A stretch of DNA of 64,000 nucleotides from Chiloscyllium plagiosum (lineage: Eukaryota). The position numbers were made by a program, and so were the translations under genes. Shown one piece after another: positions 1 through 12,610 of this stretch; the stretch's first letter is position 1, and each line of letters starts with the position of its first letter. The DNA lies in NCBI RefSeq assembly GCF_004010195.1, contig NC_057755.1, forward strand, positions 9,029,306-9,093,305, in the 5' to 3' direction. The notes beneath the pieces are model-generated. The model had not been told where the DNA came from and ran no database searches. It saw only the letters and a list, made by a program, of their open reading frames with translations.

Positions 1-248
1 TCTTGGAACTCTGTTCTTTGTGATTTTTATAATTGACTGGATGAGGCAATTTAAAAGTAAATTAGTAAATTTTCCAATAACACGAAGGTTAGTGGAGTTC
101 CACAATGTGGAAGGCTGTTGCAGTTTGCAATGAGACATTGACTTTGTGAAGAAGACTGCCGCTAAGTAGTAGATGGAGTTCAAACCAGAAAAGTATGAAG
201 TCATATACTTGGAAAGGTCGAATTTGAATGCAGAATACAGGGTGAAAT
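1..248 (+). mobile_element. CR1-type LINE ORF2 fragment (RT C-terminal region), host of a nested insertion; continues at 7704
   Basis: Degenerate translation ...MEFKPEKYEVIYLERSNLNAEYRV, resembling the CR1 'QMEFNxxKCEVxHFGR' motif; the collinear CR1 sequence resumes at about 7704. Confidence 0.75.
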
Positions 249-338
249 ACATGGTTTGGAGATGCTGGTGTTGGGCTGGGGTCTACAAAGTTAAAAATCA
301 AACAACATCAGGTTATGTTCCAACAGATTTACTTGGAA

Positions 339-375
339 GAACTAGCTTTCAGAGCGCTGCTCCTTCATTAGGTGG
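339..375 (-). ncRNA. Degenerate minimal hammerhead ribozyme motif in PLE terminal repeat
   Basis: Reverse complement CAC-CTAATGA-AGGAGCAGCGCTCT-GAAA-GCTA-GT; core G5 is changed to A, so probably inactive. Confidence 0.55.
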
Positions 376-2025
376 CTGTGGAGTATAAGATTGTAAGACA
401 CAAATTTGTAGCGAAAGTTCCATGTGTGATGCAACTGAAAATATATGTTGAAAATGACCTAGAATGTTTGTTAAGTCATCTTTTCAATGACCATGTTGGT
501 TTCAATTCTTTCATACATAAATCCCAGAAGCTTTTTATGAAATTTACATTCTCAAATGAACTTTAACAGTACGTGCCATGTCAACTCGGATCATGGATTG
601 AACATGTGAGGTGCGCAATGTTAGGCTGTTTGTGCCTAATGTTCAGACTGATTCTATTACTTAAAAAAAATGGATTTACAGAATCTAACATGGATTCACG
701 CAGTTTATCAGGAAAATAAACGTAATTCTTCAAGTAAAAATTCACCTCACAAGCGTGTGTGTGTGCGCGTGCATGCATGTGGGTATGTGTGTGTGCGGGG
801 GGAGGGGAATGACTGCCTGTGACAGAGTATGTATATATATCTGTGTGTGAGTGTAAAGAGGTATCAGTCTATGAGAGGGTGCGTGTGCGGTTATGGGTGG
901 AGATGAGTATGTGTGAGCATATAAGAGAGGGTTTATATGTGAGAGAAGGTTTGCGTGAGTGTATGGGCGTGTGTGTGTGTGTATATATGTGTGTGTGTGT
1001 AGTGCAGTGGGCTTACATGCACTGTAACATGAACACAAGTTCCCCAGTTGAGGCGATCCCCGTGGGTATTGAACTTGGCTATTAGCTTCTGCCCGACCAC
1101 ATTGCGTTGTTGCCTGTTGCGAAGTCCGCCTTGGAGAATGGTAACCCAAGGGTCCGAGGTCGAAAATCCTGGACTGCTGAAGTGTTCTCCGACTGGGAGG
1201 GAAAACTCATAGCTGGTGATTGTTGTGTGGTGTCCATTCATCTGTTGCCATAGCCTCTGTTTGTTCTTGCCAATGTACCATGCCTCAGGGCATGATTGCC
1301 TGTAGCGTATGAGAGAGACAACATTGCCCTGGTCACATGAGTAACATGCCACGTTAATGGTGGGTGGTGCCTCCTCGTGTAATGATATTATTTATGTTGA
1401 CACACTTACACGTCTTGCAGTGTCTGCCATGACAAAATTATATGTCCTGAAAGCCGGGAAGGTTGCAGCAAACTTTGATCTGTTTGAGGTTTGGTATTGT
1501 TTAAAGGCGAGAACTGAATGCATGGGGAAGGTCTTGGCAAGGTGCACATTTCCATTCATAATGTGTTACAGACTGTGATGGACATGCGCACATTTTCCAC
1601 TCCTGAAAAGTACTAGACAACGAAGGGTACCCTGTCAGTTGCAGCTCATGTGTGTCTCTTGAGGAGGTCATTATAGTTTCTCGCAGGGCACGTCTAACTT
1701 GGCGGCCGATGAGTTGAGCATCAGACTGTATTCTTATGTGGGCATCCCTGAGTACTTGCAAGTGCCCGTCATTTTCCTCTTCATCTGAACACATCCTGTG
1801 CATGCGTAGCGCTTATCTGTAGGGGATGGCTGTTTTAGTATGTTTTGGGTGGAAACTGGAGAAGTGTAGCACCATGAAGTTATCCGTGGGTTTGTGGTAG
1901 AGTCATGTGCTGAGTTGCCCATCCTTGATGTCGGTGCATGTATCGAAGAATAAGACAGACATGAATACGTAGTACATGGTGAATTTGATGTTGGGTTGAA
2001 ACTCGTTGATATCACTGTGTAGTTT

Positions 2026-2607
2026 TTTCAGTGACTCCTCGCCATGTGCCTAGAGGAAGAAAATGTCGTCAATATGCCTGGTGTATAGTGTTGGTTATCG
2101 GTCCGCGCAGAGAAGAAGTCTTGCTCGAACATGTGCATTCAAATGTTAGAATATCGGCGTGTACATTCTGTCCACATGGCTGTTTAATACGTTTGGATGA
2201 AGAACTGGTTATCAAAGGTGAAAACGTTGTGGTCGGGGATAACGTGGATGAGTTGTGCGATGGTGTTCAGAGATTGGCTGTTGTTAGTGTTGATTAGTGA
2301 GGCTGTTGCGGTGATGTTTCAGTGACCCTCGCCACGTGCCTAGAGGAAGAAAATGTCGTCAATATGCCTGGTGTATAGTGTTGGTTGTCGGTTCGCGCAG
2401 AGAAGAAGTCTTGCTCGAAAACGTGCATTCAAATGTTAGCATATCGGCGTGTACATTCTGTCCGCTTGGCTGTTTCATATGTCTGGATGAAGAACTGGTT
2501 ACCAAAGGTGAAAACGTTGTGGTCGGGGATAAAGTGGATGAGTTGTGTGATGGTGTTCAGAGATTGGCTGTTGTTAGTGTTGATTAGTGAGGCTGTTGCG
2601 GTGATGC
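2026..2607. repeat. Tandem duplication, about 291-bp unit, inside the PLE RT core
   Basis: tttcagtgac...gttgcggtgatg occurs at 2026-2316 and again from 2317; near-identical ORFs 2031..2297 and 2336..2587. Confidence 0.9.
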
Positions 2608-2709
2608 CGTCATTGTGGGGGATGCTGGTGTAGAGTGCTGAAACGTCCATTGTGACGAGGAATGTTCCCAGTTCAAACGGTCTGGGAGTGCTGAGACCCC
2701 ACAGGAGGG

Positions 2710-4810
2710 ACACTGCCCTGGGTGTGACATGCACGCTCAAACCCTCAGGAAATATATAAATGCCAGATTCATCAGCTGCATATACAAGATAGGTCAAAGC
2801 ATCACCATCAATCACAACGCAACACCATCCAAGTTCTCAAAATCAATCACAACATTGTCAGCAAAGGAATAGGTGAAGGAGGATAAATTTTTCATTCAGA
2901 ATAGAACACCATACTGCAAGAAAGTTACTGACAACTGAACAACCAGGAACATCAGGCAATTACCGGCTGATCCAACCAAAAAGCACACCCATGCACTAAA
3001 CACATTGATCAGACCTTTGGATCGAGTCCTTCGGAGTTCCCTATGCGCCGTCATCGCTTGAATTTCTCGCGTAGGGACCTCTCCTGCCTTCCGAAAATAC
3101 AAAAGCGAACACATCAGTATGTCCTATCGTTTCAGACAATGGGACCCTGTGTGAGAACCTCTCTGACTACGTCGAAGGCATCTTGAAACCCATCGTAATG
3201 GGTCCACCCAGCTTCTGCTGCGACACTACACATTTCTAACAGAAGCTCAGCACCCATGGACCAGTCAAAACACAACATTCCTCATCACAATGGATGTTAC
3301 AGCACTCTACACCAGCAACCCACCATGACGGCATCATAGCAATAGCCTCAATACTCAACGCCACCAACTGCCAATCTCCTAGCACCGCACTACAACTCAT
3401 CTGCTTTATCGCCAACTATAACATTTTAAACTTTGACAAATAGTTCTTCATGCAGACACACGGAACAGCAATGGAGATGAAATTTGCATCCCAATATGCT
3501 AACACGTTCATGTAAAGTTTCGAACAAGACTCCTTCTTTGCGCAGGACCTCCAAGCAGTACTATACACGAGGTATATTGACGACATTTTCATCCTATAGA
3601 CACATGGTGAGGAGTCAATGAAACAACTGCACAGTGATATCAATGAGTTTCATCTCACCATCAAACTCACCATGGACTAGTCTTTAGCATCTGCCTTATT
3701 CCTGCACATATGCATCGCCGTCTAGGATGGGCACCTTCGCATCTCGCGCTAACGCAAACCCACAGATAACCACATGATGCTACATTTCTCCAGCTTCCAC
3801 CCAAAACATATTGAAACAGCTATCCCCTACGGACAAAACCACACTTACACAGGATCTGTTCTGATGAGGAGGAACGTGACGGGCACTTGGAAATACTCAA
3901 GGAAGCCCTCATAAGAACGGGGCACTTTGCCTAACTCATCAACAGCCAGTTCAGACATGCCATCGCGAGAAACCATGTTGACCTCCTCAGGAGACGACAT
4001 GAGCAGCAACCGACAGGCTATCCTTCGTTATCCAGTAATTCCTAGGTGTGGACAAACTACACCATGTTCTTTACAGTTTGCAAAACATTATCATTGAGGT
4101 TGTGCACCTTGCCTAGACATTCCCCAGGCCTCCAATTCTCTCCTTTACACAAACACCAAACCTCAAACGGGTCATTGCTCGCAGCAAACTGCCCGGCTTT
4201 CAGGACAACATGATACAACACTGTCACGGCAGACACTGCAAGACATGTCAGAGTGTCGATACGGACACCACCATTACACATGGGAAAACCACCCACCATG
4301 TATGCGACAGGTACTCATGTGACTCGGCCAACATTGTCTATCATATACACTCCAGGCGAGGATACCCTGAGGTATGATATATTGGCGAGACTGAGCAGAG
4401 GCCACAACAATGGATGAATAGGCACCACACAACATTCAACAGACAAGAGTGTTCCCTCACAGTTGGTGAATACTTCAGCAATCCGGGATATCGACTTTGT
4501 ACTCCAAGGCAGACTTTGGAACAGGCAACAATGTAAAGTAGCTGAGCAGGGGTTGGTGACCAAGTTCGGGACCCATAATGATGGCCTCAACTGGGACCCG
4601 ACTGTACTACACACTTAATCTCACACACACATACACAGACCCATGCACTCACCCAGACACTCTCTCATACACAAGCTCTCTCATACGCTCACAGATGCAT
4701 AATCACACTCACGCCCACACACACACAACGTCTCAGACTTATACCCCTTTGCACTCATATACACACACTCTCAAAGGCACTCATAGCATCACACACATGC
4801 ACATATAATT
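2710..4810 (+). mobile_element. Penelope-like element, decayed, head-to-head with the minus copy; 3' end continues at 7245-7703
   Basis: TFLITMDVTALYTS (~3275), HGTAM.MKFASQYAN (~3460), RYIDDIF (~3570), YSCDSANIVY...*YIGETEQR (~4312-4400), then a CA-rich tail. Confidence 0.85.
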
Positions 4811-5009
4811 TTAGAGCATAGAACATTACAGCGCGGTACACGCCTTCAGCCCTCGATGCTGCACCGACCTGTGAAATTAATCTGATGCCCATCTAATCTA
4901 CACCATTCCATTATTATACATATGTATGTAATGTCCATTTAAATGCCACTAACATCAGCGAGTGTACTACTGTTGCAGGCAGGCCGTTCAATGCCTCAAC
5001 TACTCTCTG

Positions 5010-5231
5010 AACCTGACTAATTTACCCCATACTCTGTGCAATTGAGCATAGTTAATTCACGTGACCCACACATCTTTGGACTGTTGGAGGAAACAGAGAA
5101 CCCGGAGGAAACCCAAACAGATACAGGGGGAATGTGCAAACTCAACTCAGAAAGTCGTCTGAGGCAGGAGTCGAACCAGGGTCCTGGCGCTGCGAGGCTG
5201 CAGTGTTAACCACTGAGCCATTATGCTGCCC
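5010..5231 (-). mobile_element. HE1/V-SINE-type tRNA-derived SINE
   Basis: Reverse strand TGGCTCAGTGGTTAAC (A box) and GGTTCGACTCC (B box), followed by the V-SINE core. Confidence 0.75.
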
Positions 5232-6429
5232 ACACACATATTCCCCTGCCATCTCCTGCAACCCATAACATCATTCGGCATTATCCACAATTCTGCTGAC
5301 ATTAATGTCACCCGCAAATTTACTGACTCATCATTCTATGCACACATCCAGATAATGTACGAAAGTTACAAGCAGCAGTGGTCCGAAAACAGATCCTTGC
5401 AGCATACCACTAGTAACTGAGCCCTGGCATGAACATTTTCCATCAACCATCAACTTCTATCCTCTTTCAGCCAGTTAGTTTCTGATCCAAACCACTAAAT
5501 CACCTTCAATCCAGAAACTCCACACTTGTGCAACAGCCTACTGTGTGGGACCTTATCAAACGCCAAACTGATGTCCATGTACACCACATCAACCGCTTTA
5601 CCTGCATCTACCTGCTTTGTCACTTTCTCGAAGAACTCAATAAGGTTACTGAGGGCATGACCTACCCTTCATAAAACCGTGTTACCTATCCCGAATCAAG
5701 TTATTCCTTTCCCTAATCAAGTTATTCCTTTCCAGATGAATATAAATCCTATATATTATAACCTTTTCCATCACCTTAACCACAACCAAATTAACGCTTA
5801 GTGGCCTATACTGACCAGGGTTGCCTGGACTTCCCTTCTTCAACAACGGAACAATATTTGCTGTCCTCTAGTTATGACAATTATGACATAAGGATGAACG
5901 CCATAAGCTTTCCAGTATCCTCCCTGGCTTCCCAGAGAATACTAGGAGAAATCATATCCGGACCAGGGGTCTCATCTATTTTTAGATCTTTCAAATTTGC
6001 TAAAATCTCCTCTTTTATTTAACTTCAATCGCATTTAATTTTTAGCCTGTATCTCCACATTCTCACTGACATTGGCATTTTCCAGTGTGAATACTGACGA
6101 AAAGTATTCATTAAGTGCTTCCCCTATGTCCTCAGATTCCACAGACAACTTTAAACTTCTATCATTGATTGGCCCTCATCTTACTCCGGTCATTCTTTTA
6201 TTCCTGATATACCTATATAGGTTTTCCATAATCCTATGCTCCAACAACTTCCTTTGTCGCGTCGTGGTTCTTCGTCGCCCTCTCTTACGATCTTTTCTGG
6301 CGAATGTATAACTCTCAAGTCACGAAGTGAGCCTACATGCTTCATCCTCACATAAGCTTGACAAGAGCTTCAACTTCTTTGGTAACCATGGCTTAATCTC
6401 TCGACAAATACCTCCCTCCCTGATAGATA

Positions 6430-6693
6430 TATAGATGAGATGACCCTCCGAAGAGCAACCCACCCAGACCCATTACCCTACATTTACCCCTTCACCTAAC
6501 ACCTCGGGCAATTTAGCATGGCCAATTCATTTAACTAGACATTTTTGGACTGTGGCAGGAAACCGGAGCAAACCCACGCAGACGCGGCAAGAATGTGCAA
6601 ACTCCACACAGTCAGTTGCCTCAGGCGGGAATTGAACCCGGGTCTTTGGCGCTGTGAGGCAGCAGTGCGAACCACTGAGCCACCGTGTTGCCC
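6430..6693 (-). mobile_element. HE1/V-SINE-type SINE
   Basis: Reverse strand GGTGGCTCAGTGGT...GGGTTCAATTCC...GTGTGGAGTTTGCACATTCT; same family as 8280-8594. Confidence 0.8.
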
Positions 6694-7244
6694 ACACTTA
6701 TAAAAGACCCACAGTAGCCGTTCCTTGAATAAGCTCCAAATTTCAAGTGTGTCCATCCCTTGTAGTTTCCCTCCCTATCCTATGCGTCCTAAATCTTGCC
6801 TAAGTGCATTGCATTTCCCTCAGTTATATCTCTTTCCCTGCGGTATATACCTATCCCTGCCCATTGCCACTATATATAGTCACTATCACCAAAGTGTGCA
6901 CCTACCTCCAAATCTAAAACCTGGCCGGGTTCATTCCACAGGACCAAATCCAATATGGCGTCGCCCCTTGTTGGCCTGTCTACATACTGTGTCAGAAAAC
7001 ACTCATGCACACATTGAGCAAAAATTTACACATCTAAACTTCTTGAGCTATAGCATTCCCAGTCAACATTTGGGAAGTTAAAGTCCCCCATAACAACTAC
7101 CCTGTTCCTCTCGCTTCTATCAAGAATCATCTTTGATATCCTTTCCTCTGCAGCACGAGAACAATTCGTAGGTCTATAGAAAATTCCCAACGGAATGACC
7201 TCTCCTTTCCTGTTTCTAACCTCAGCCTAAACTACATCAGTGTG

Positions 7245-7703
7245 GTGAATTGTTATGTGCAGAATAAAATTGTATTTAACTCAAAAACTGCACGAATCCA
7301 AGCTAGATTCTGTAAATCACTTTTTAAAAAAGGAATAGAATCAGTCTGAACATTGGGGCACAGACAGCCTCACACAGGGCACATCACACCTTCAATGCAT
7401 TATCTTAGCTGACATGGCACCTCTTGCTGATGTTCACTTGAAAATGTAATGTTTTGAAAAAAACGTTTCTTAGATTTATGTATGGAAGAACTGAAACAAA
7501 CATAGTCATTCCAAAACATAAAAAAAGTCCAGTTCGTTTTCAATATGTAATTTCAGTTGCGTCACATTGTAAACTTTTGCCATAAATACTGTGTCTTACA
7601 AGCATATACTCTACAACCACCTGATGAATGAGCATCTCTCCAAAAGCTGCTGCGTCCAAATAAAACTGTTGGACTATAACCTGGTGTTGTGTAATTTTTT
7701 ACT
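7245..7703 (+). mobile_element. 3' terminal repeat of the plus-strand PLE, with a degenerate hammerhead motif at about 7618-7652
   Basis: Inverted counterpart of 290-750; CAC-CTGATGA-atgagcatctctcc-AAAA-GCT (GAAA mutated). Confidence 0.75.
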
Positions 7704-8748
7704 AGGTAAAAGACAGGGGTCTTGGCAGTGTTAAGGAACACATGGATCTTGGTGACCATGTCCATAGATCCCTCAAAGTGTCCACCCAGGTAGATGGGAT
7801 TGTTAAGAAGGCGCTTGACGTTTTGCCTTTCATTACCAAGGTGACTGAGTTTAAGAACCGTGAGATTATGTGCAGCTCTTAAGAGCTGTGTTAGATCACA
7901 TTGGGAATATGATGTCCAGTTCTATTGGTCCCACTATTGGAAAGATGTGGAAGCTTCAGAGAGGGTCCACAGGAGATTTCCCAGAATGCTCCCTAGACTG
8001 GAGGTCATGTCATACGAAAGAAGGCTTAGAGAGCTACAGCTTTTGTCATTGGAGTTTAGAAGAATGAGAGATGAATTGACAGACGTGTATAAGATGTTGA
8101 AAGGCATAGATAAAGTGGATAGCCAGAGACTTTTCCCCATGGCAGAAATGTCTGTCACGAGGGTCCATACTTTTAAGGGAATTAGAGGAAGTTTGAAGGG
8201 AGATCTCAGGTCGGTTCTTTCCACAGAGGTTGGTGGATGCGTGGAATGCACTGCTGACAGTGGTAGTAGAGTCAGATACATTAGATTAGATTACATTACA
8301 GTGTGGAAACAGGCCCTTCGGCCCAACAAGTCCACACCGCCCCGCCGAAGCGCAACCCACCCATACCCCTACATTTACCCCTTTTACCTAACACAACGGC
8401 CAATTTAGCATGGCCAATTCACCTGACCTGCACATCTTTGGACTGTGGGAGGAAACCAGAGCACCCGGAGGAAACCCACGCAGACACGGGGAGAATGTGC
8501 AAACTCCACACAGTCAATGACCTGAGGCGGGAATTGAACCCGGGTCTCTGACGCTGTGAGGCAGCAGTGCTAACCACTGTGCCACCGTGCCGCCATTAGG
8601 GACATTTATGCGACTCTTGCATAGGCACATCGAATATACTACGATGAAGGGTATGTAAGTTAGTCTGATCTTAGAGTAACATAGAAGGTCAGCACAACAT
8701 CGATGGTGGAAGTGTCTTTACTGTGATGTACTGTTCTATGCTCTATGT
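7704..8748 (+). mobile_element. CR1-type LINE 3' part, interrupted by a SINE
   Basis: ORF 7860-8408 VRSHWEYDVQFYW...ERVHRRFPRMLP...YERRLRELQLLSLEFRRMRDEL..VYK is the CR1 RT C-terminus; ends in a TTCTATG-type tail. Confidence 0.8.
8280..8594 (-). mobile_element. HE1/V-SINE-type SINE, near full length, young
   Basis: Reverse strand GGCGGCACGGTGGCACAGTGGTTAGCAC...GGTTCAATTCC...GGGCCGAAGGGCCTGTTTCCACACTGTAATGTAATCTAATCTAA; short CATTAG duplication at the flanks. Confidence 0.9.
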
Positions 8749-8754
8749 ACTTGT

Positions 8755-9780
8755 GATTCTGTCTTCTTTTGTGGGTAAATTATTGGAGGTTATTATATAA
8801 GATAGGATCTATGGACATTTAGGAAAGAACAAAAATGATTAGGGAATGCCAGCACGGTTTTGTGCGAGGACAATTGTATCTGAGAAACTTGATTGAGCAC
8901 TTTTTTTTCAACAAGCTACCAAACCAATTGTTGAAGAGCAGTTTGCATTGTTTACGTGGACTTTAGTAAATCCTTGGACTATTTCCACATGGTAGATGAA
9001 TTAGCACGCGATTCTGGGTAAGCTTGTCAATTGGATACATAATTGATTAATGGCAGGAGACAGGTAGTAATGGTAGACAATTAATTCCGAATGGGGCTTT
9101 TGGCCAGCAGTGCTCACAGGCATCAGTTCTGTCTCCTCTTTTGCATGGGAATATAGAAGGCGTAATTTAAACGTTTGGTGGTTCGTAACCTGGTGGCGTT
9201 GGAGAGAGTATAGTTAGTTTTCTAAGTTTACAAAGGGATCTTGGTCAATGAGACAGTGACCTGAAACATAGCAGATGGAGTTATGTTTGAATGAATGGAA
9301 TGCCTTGCATTTTGGTTCAACAAACAACAGTCGGGCTTATGCAATTAAGGGTACAGTTTTGCGTAGTATTGTAAAATCGAGGGTCCAAGGGGTGCAGGTG
9401 CATAATGCTTTGAAGTTTGTGCCACATACAGAAAGGGCGACTGAAAATGTGTTTGGCAGGCTTGCTTTCATTGTTCAGTCCTTTGAGTACAGCAGTTGTG
9501 AAGTCATGTTTAGGTTCTTTAAGATATTGGTAAGGGCTCTTCTGGAATACTGTGTCTAGTGCGAGTTGCCAAGTTGAAGGAGGACATTATTCAGCTGGAG
9601 AGGGTTCAGGGGAGACGTATTAGGATGTTGCTGAGTGTGGAAGGCTTGAATTGGAAAGAATAGTTGTGAAGACTGGGACTTTTGCACTGGAAGCTAAGAG
9701 GCTGAGAGACAAATGATAGAAGTAAAAAAGTAATGGAGCTTTAGATAGAGCAAATGATAGTTGCATTTTCCCAAGGATTG
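8755..9780 (+). mobile_element. Old CR1-type LINE RT fragment
   Basis: QHGFVRG, VYVDFSK and LVRALLEYCV remnants with many stops. Confidence 0.65.
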
Positions 9781-10228
9781 GACTTTGATCCCGTTCACGC
9801 TGAAGTCGTAGAGAGCCACCAGTTATTCTCTCGTTAGTTGAGATTACTTTGAGATTCACTTTGCTGCAGACAAGTGACGGGTTTGAAATGGTAAGGCATT
9901 CTTGGTAACCTCAGCTGGAAAGAGCAATGAATTGATGTGAGAGCGGAGGGTCTGGGTTTATTAGAGTGGAATACTTCACCTTCAATGTCAAGGTGGTTTG
10001 AATGGTGACCACACACTGATACAATTTCCGCTTATTTTATTTCATTGACATTAATCATTTACATAACATCATTCATGAAAAATAGTGTATAACTCAACGG
10101 TTTCCATTCTGTCTTGAGGTATACAGTTTACAATTACAGAACATAAAATGCAAGGGATTTGTTTCTCCTCATCAGAACTTTCGCAGGCAGAAGAATGAAA
10201 AGGATGCAGAGATAAGATTTTCTTTTTA

Positions 10229-11142
10229 TCACTTTTCCTTTCGCTTGAGCAATATCAGAAAAAATGAACAAGGGAATGCTAACATTTCCTTCAGTTCTTC
10301 CCTAAATTTCCTTTGTGTGGCTGTATAAATACACACGTTTGTGCATGAACTCAAATACATGAGCATGTAGCCCGTTTCAGTGGCAATGTAGGCAGGAGCT
10401 GCATAATCACCCCGATAATGTGCAGTGTTTGTCATCCTCGTAGATAAAAAGCTCACAGCTGCTGTCAGCCAAAGGAGAATAAAACTCCCTGATATAGTGA
10501 AGAGTAAAATAATGGACCTTCTTCGACTTTCCATCTCTGGGTCTCTTTGACTCTTATGAATGCTTCCACGGACAGCTCTGCGAGATCTATTGGCGATGAC
10601 AATACGCCTGATGGTCAAGCAGTTAAATGTGAATAGCAAAGGAAATGGAAGCCAAAGAACTAATATACTTTGTAACCAGGAGAATGCTGTACCCAACGGC
10701 GAAGTGAAGAAGTTCAATTTTGTGCGGCAACCCCACTGTAACTGATCAATTACTTGTTCAGGTTCATATGCAAACAAATAGGGTATGTTCTCCAGACAAA
10801 CCAGGGCAGTGGTGATCATTATAACTGCACCCGCTATCCTCACTCTGCAATATTTTGTTTTCAGTCTCTCACAACATATAAATACATATCGATCAAATGT
10901 GAACATGACCGTGAACCACACTGACATGTACAGGGTGACTGAGCTCATGTAATTAAGTAACTTACACACTCCAGTGTAGAAAAAGAACGAATGTGTAAAG
11001 TGATAACTGAAGATTCGAAACACAGTTATGTTGAAGATCATGACCAGAAAAGCTGCTGTTGCCATGGCCATCATGTAAGCAGAGGTACAAGTGGAAAGGC
11101 CGCAGTTTCCCTTGGAGAGAATGATCATTGTCGCCAAGTTTG
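10229..11142 (-). CDS. GPR139/GPR142-like class A GPCR, gene A, exon 2 (TM1 end to stop)
   Basis: Open 914-nt exon after acceptor ttacag; seven hydrophobic segments when joined to exon 1; SVWFTVMFTFDRY, ECL Cys pair (GVCK/WGCR), SGSFILLW, SSCTNVCIY...KFREEL. Confidence 0.93.
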
Positions 11143-12134
11143 CTGTAAGCCAATTTAATCAAAGAGAAAAAACAGAATCATTCAGAAAAAGAAATTCTAC
11201 AAACTTTGTGGTGAAATTCTGAAAAGTTTGCTACTCAAAAAAATAGTGCAATGCTATTTTTCATTAACTGTGTCAGAGTAATGGAAAGTGCATTATGGGA
11301 TAACAAATCATTGAATACTCAGAATGGAGAGACTGATACGTTGGCTTGTTTCCAACATCATCCAGTGAATTGCTTTCAACTATTTCAAAGTGAATGGTAG
11401 GAGTTGTCCTCTCATAGGTTAGGTTACTTTCAGATATGTGAACTGACAGCCAAATGAAATCACCGCAGGAACATTAAAATGCTTAGTGCCTCGGAAAATT
11501 GAGCCCAATGGTTCCTAAAAACGACTCTTTGAATCAGCAGGGCAATATTAGACACAAGGTATATCGCTCAAACAAAAGACTAAACAATTTGTTAACAATG
11601 TATTAACTGAAGCAGAGCAATTTTAAGCAGCAAAGTAATCGATCTAATGGCGAAGTTTTAACACCAATCCTAATTAGAGCCAGTAGTCTGGTACCAAGAG
11701 AAAAAGACCAACAGGCAAATTGAGGACCAAATGAATAAGAGAAACACATTAATTATGATTTACTGGTCATGTCGCTTTAGCAGTTTCGACAATCTGCATC
11801 ACCACTGACACAACAGATTGCAGATTTCTTGGTTTCAAATGACTCTGACGCATGCAGAAAACTTACTGCCGGCTCTATAGAATATTCATTTGATTCTTAT
11901 ATCCGAGATTGCATACTCTGAAATTTAAATATGTTGGTAATAAGAGGATAATCAAGGAGCAAACAGAACTTTGTGCTGTATCTTTAAAATGCACAATCGT
12001 TCTGTTCCAAATGCAGCCCAAAGACTATTTCATTCTCTGGGCCCTACTTCAATAACAAGAAAGCAGAGATTATGAAAATACAATCTCATGTGTTCGGATC
12101 AAATGAATATTCTTTGAAGCCTGCTGTGGAAAGG

Positions 12135-12610
12135 CTCAAAAGGAATTTACAGGGATGCTGCTAAGGTTTCAGAGTTTAAACTGTAGAGAGAGGATGAATA
12201 GAATAGGACTATTTTCCCTGGGGCATCACAGGTTGAGGGTGATCTTATAGAAGTCAATGAAATCCTGAGGGCTATAGATCGTGTAAATACCCAAGGTCAT
12301 TTCCCCATGGCGGTGATGGGGAAGGTATCCAAAAGGTATGGGCTTAGGGTGAGAGGGGAAAAAAAAGGGACTCAAGGGACAACTGCTTCACACAGAGGGT
12401 GTTACATGTACGGCATGAGCTGCGATGTGAAGTGGTTGTGGTTGGACCAATTTTAACTTTAACTGGCATCAGGATGTGCATGTAAATAGGAAGGTTGGGA
12501 GGGGATATGGTCCAATGTGGGCAAATAGGACCAAATTGATTTAGAATATCTGGTCAGCATGGATGACTCAGGCAGAAGCTTTCGTTCTATGCTGTCCAGT
12601 TCTATGCTTC
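12135..12610 (+). mobile_element. CR1 3' fragment in the gene A intron (shared with gene B intron 60410-60875)
   Basis: CR1 3' end signature; inverted match to the paralogous intron. Confidence 0.65.

Larger units (their letters stand above)
250..2700 (-). mobile_element. Penelope-like element (RT + GIY-YIG endonuclease), decayed, 5'-truncated, with terminal repeat at about 250-750
   Basis: Minus ORFs give FLVTMDVSALYTSIPHNDG (RT) and YSCDQGNVVSLIRYRQSCPEAWYIGKNKQRL...PVGEHF...TILQGGL...LIAKF (GIY-YIG); CA/GT-rich tail at 750-1000. Confidence 0.85.
4811..7240 (-). mobile_element. CR1-type LINE ORF2, decayed, inserted into the PLE
   Basis: Reverse strand gives VVVMGDFN (~7080-7100, APE endonuclease) and AVDVVYMDISLAFDKV (~5550-5597, RT); 3' tail near 4815. 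Confidence 0.75.

Noticed and set aside
742..1149. His/Thr-rich ORFs (also 4578-4808 and 54680-55038)
   Set aside because: They are translations of the CA/GT-rich tails of Penelope-like elements.
8500..8594. tRNA gene
   Set aside because: The A and B boxes are the head of a multi-copy SINE, not a stand-alone tRNA.
10229..11137. Calling the intact genes GPR139, or using the TTG start from the ORF track
   Set aside because: Orthology cannot be established without phylogeny; the TTG is an internal Leu after the splice acceptor.
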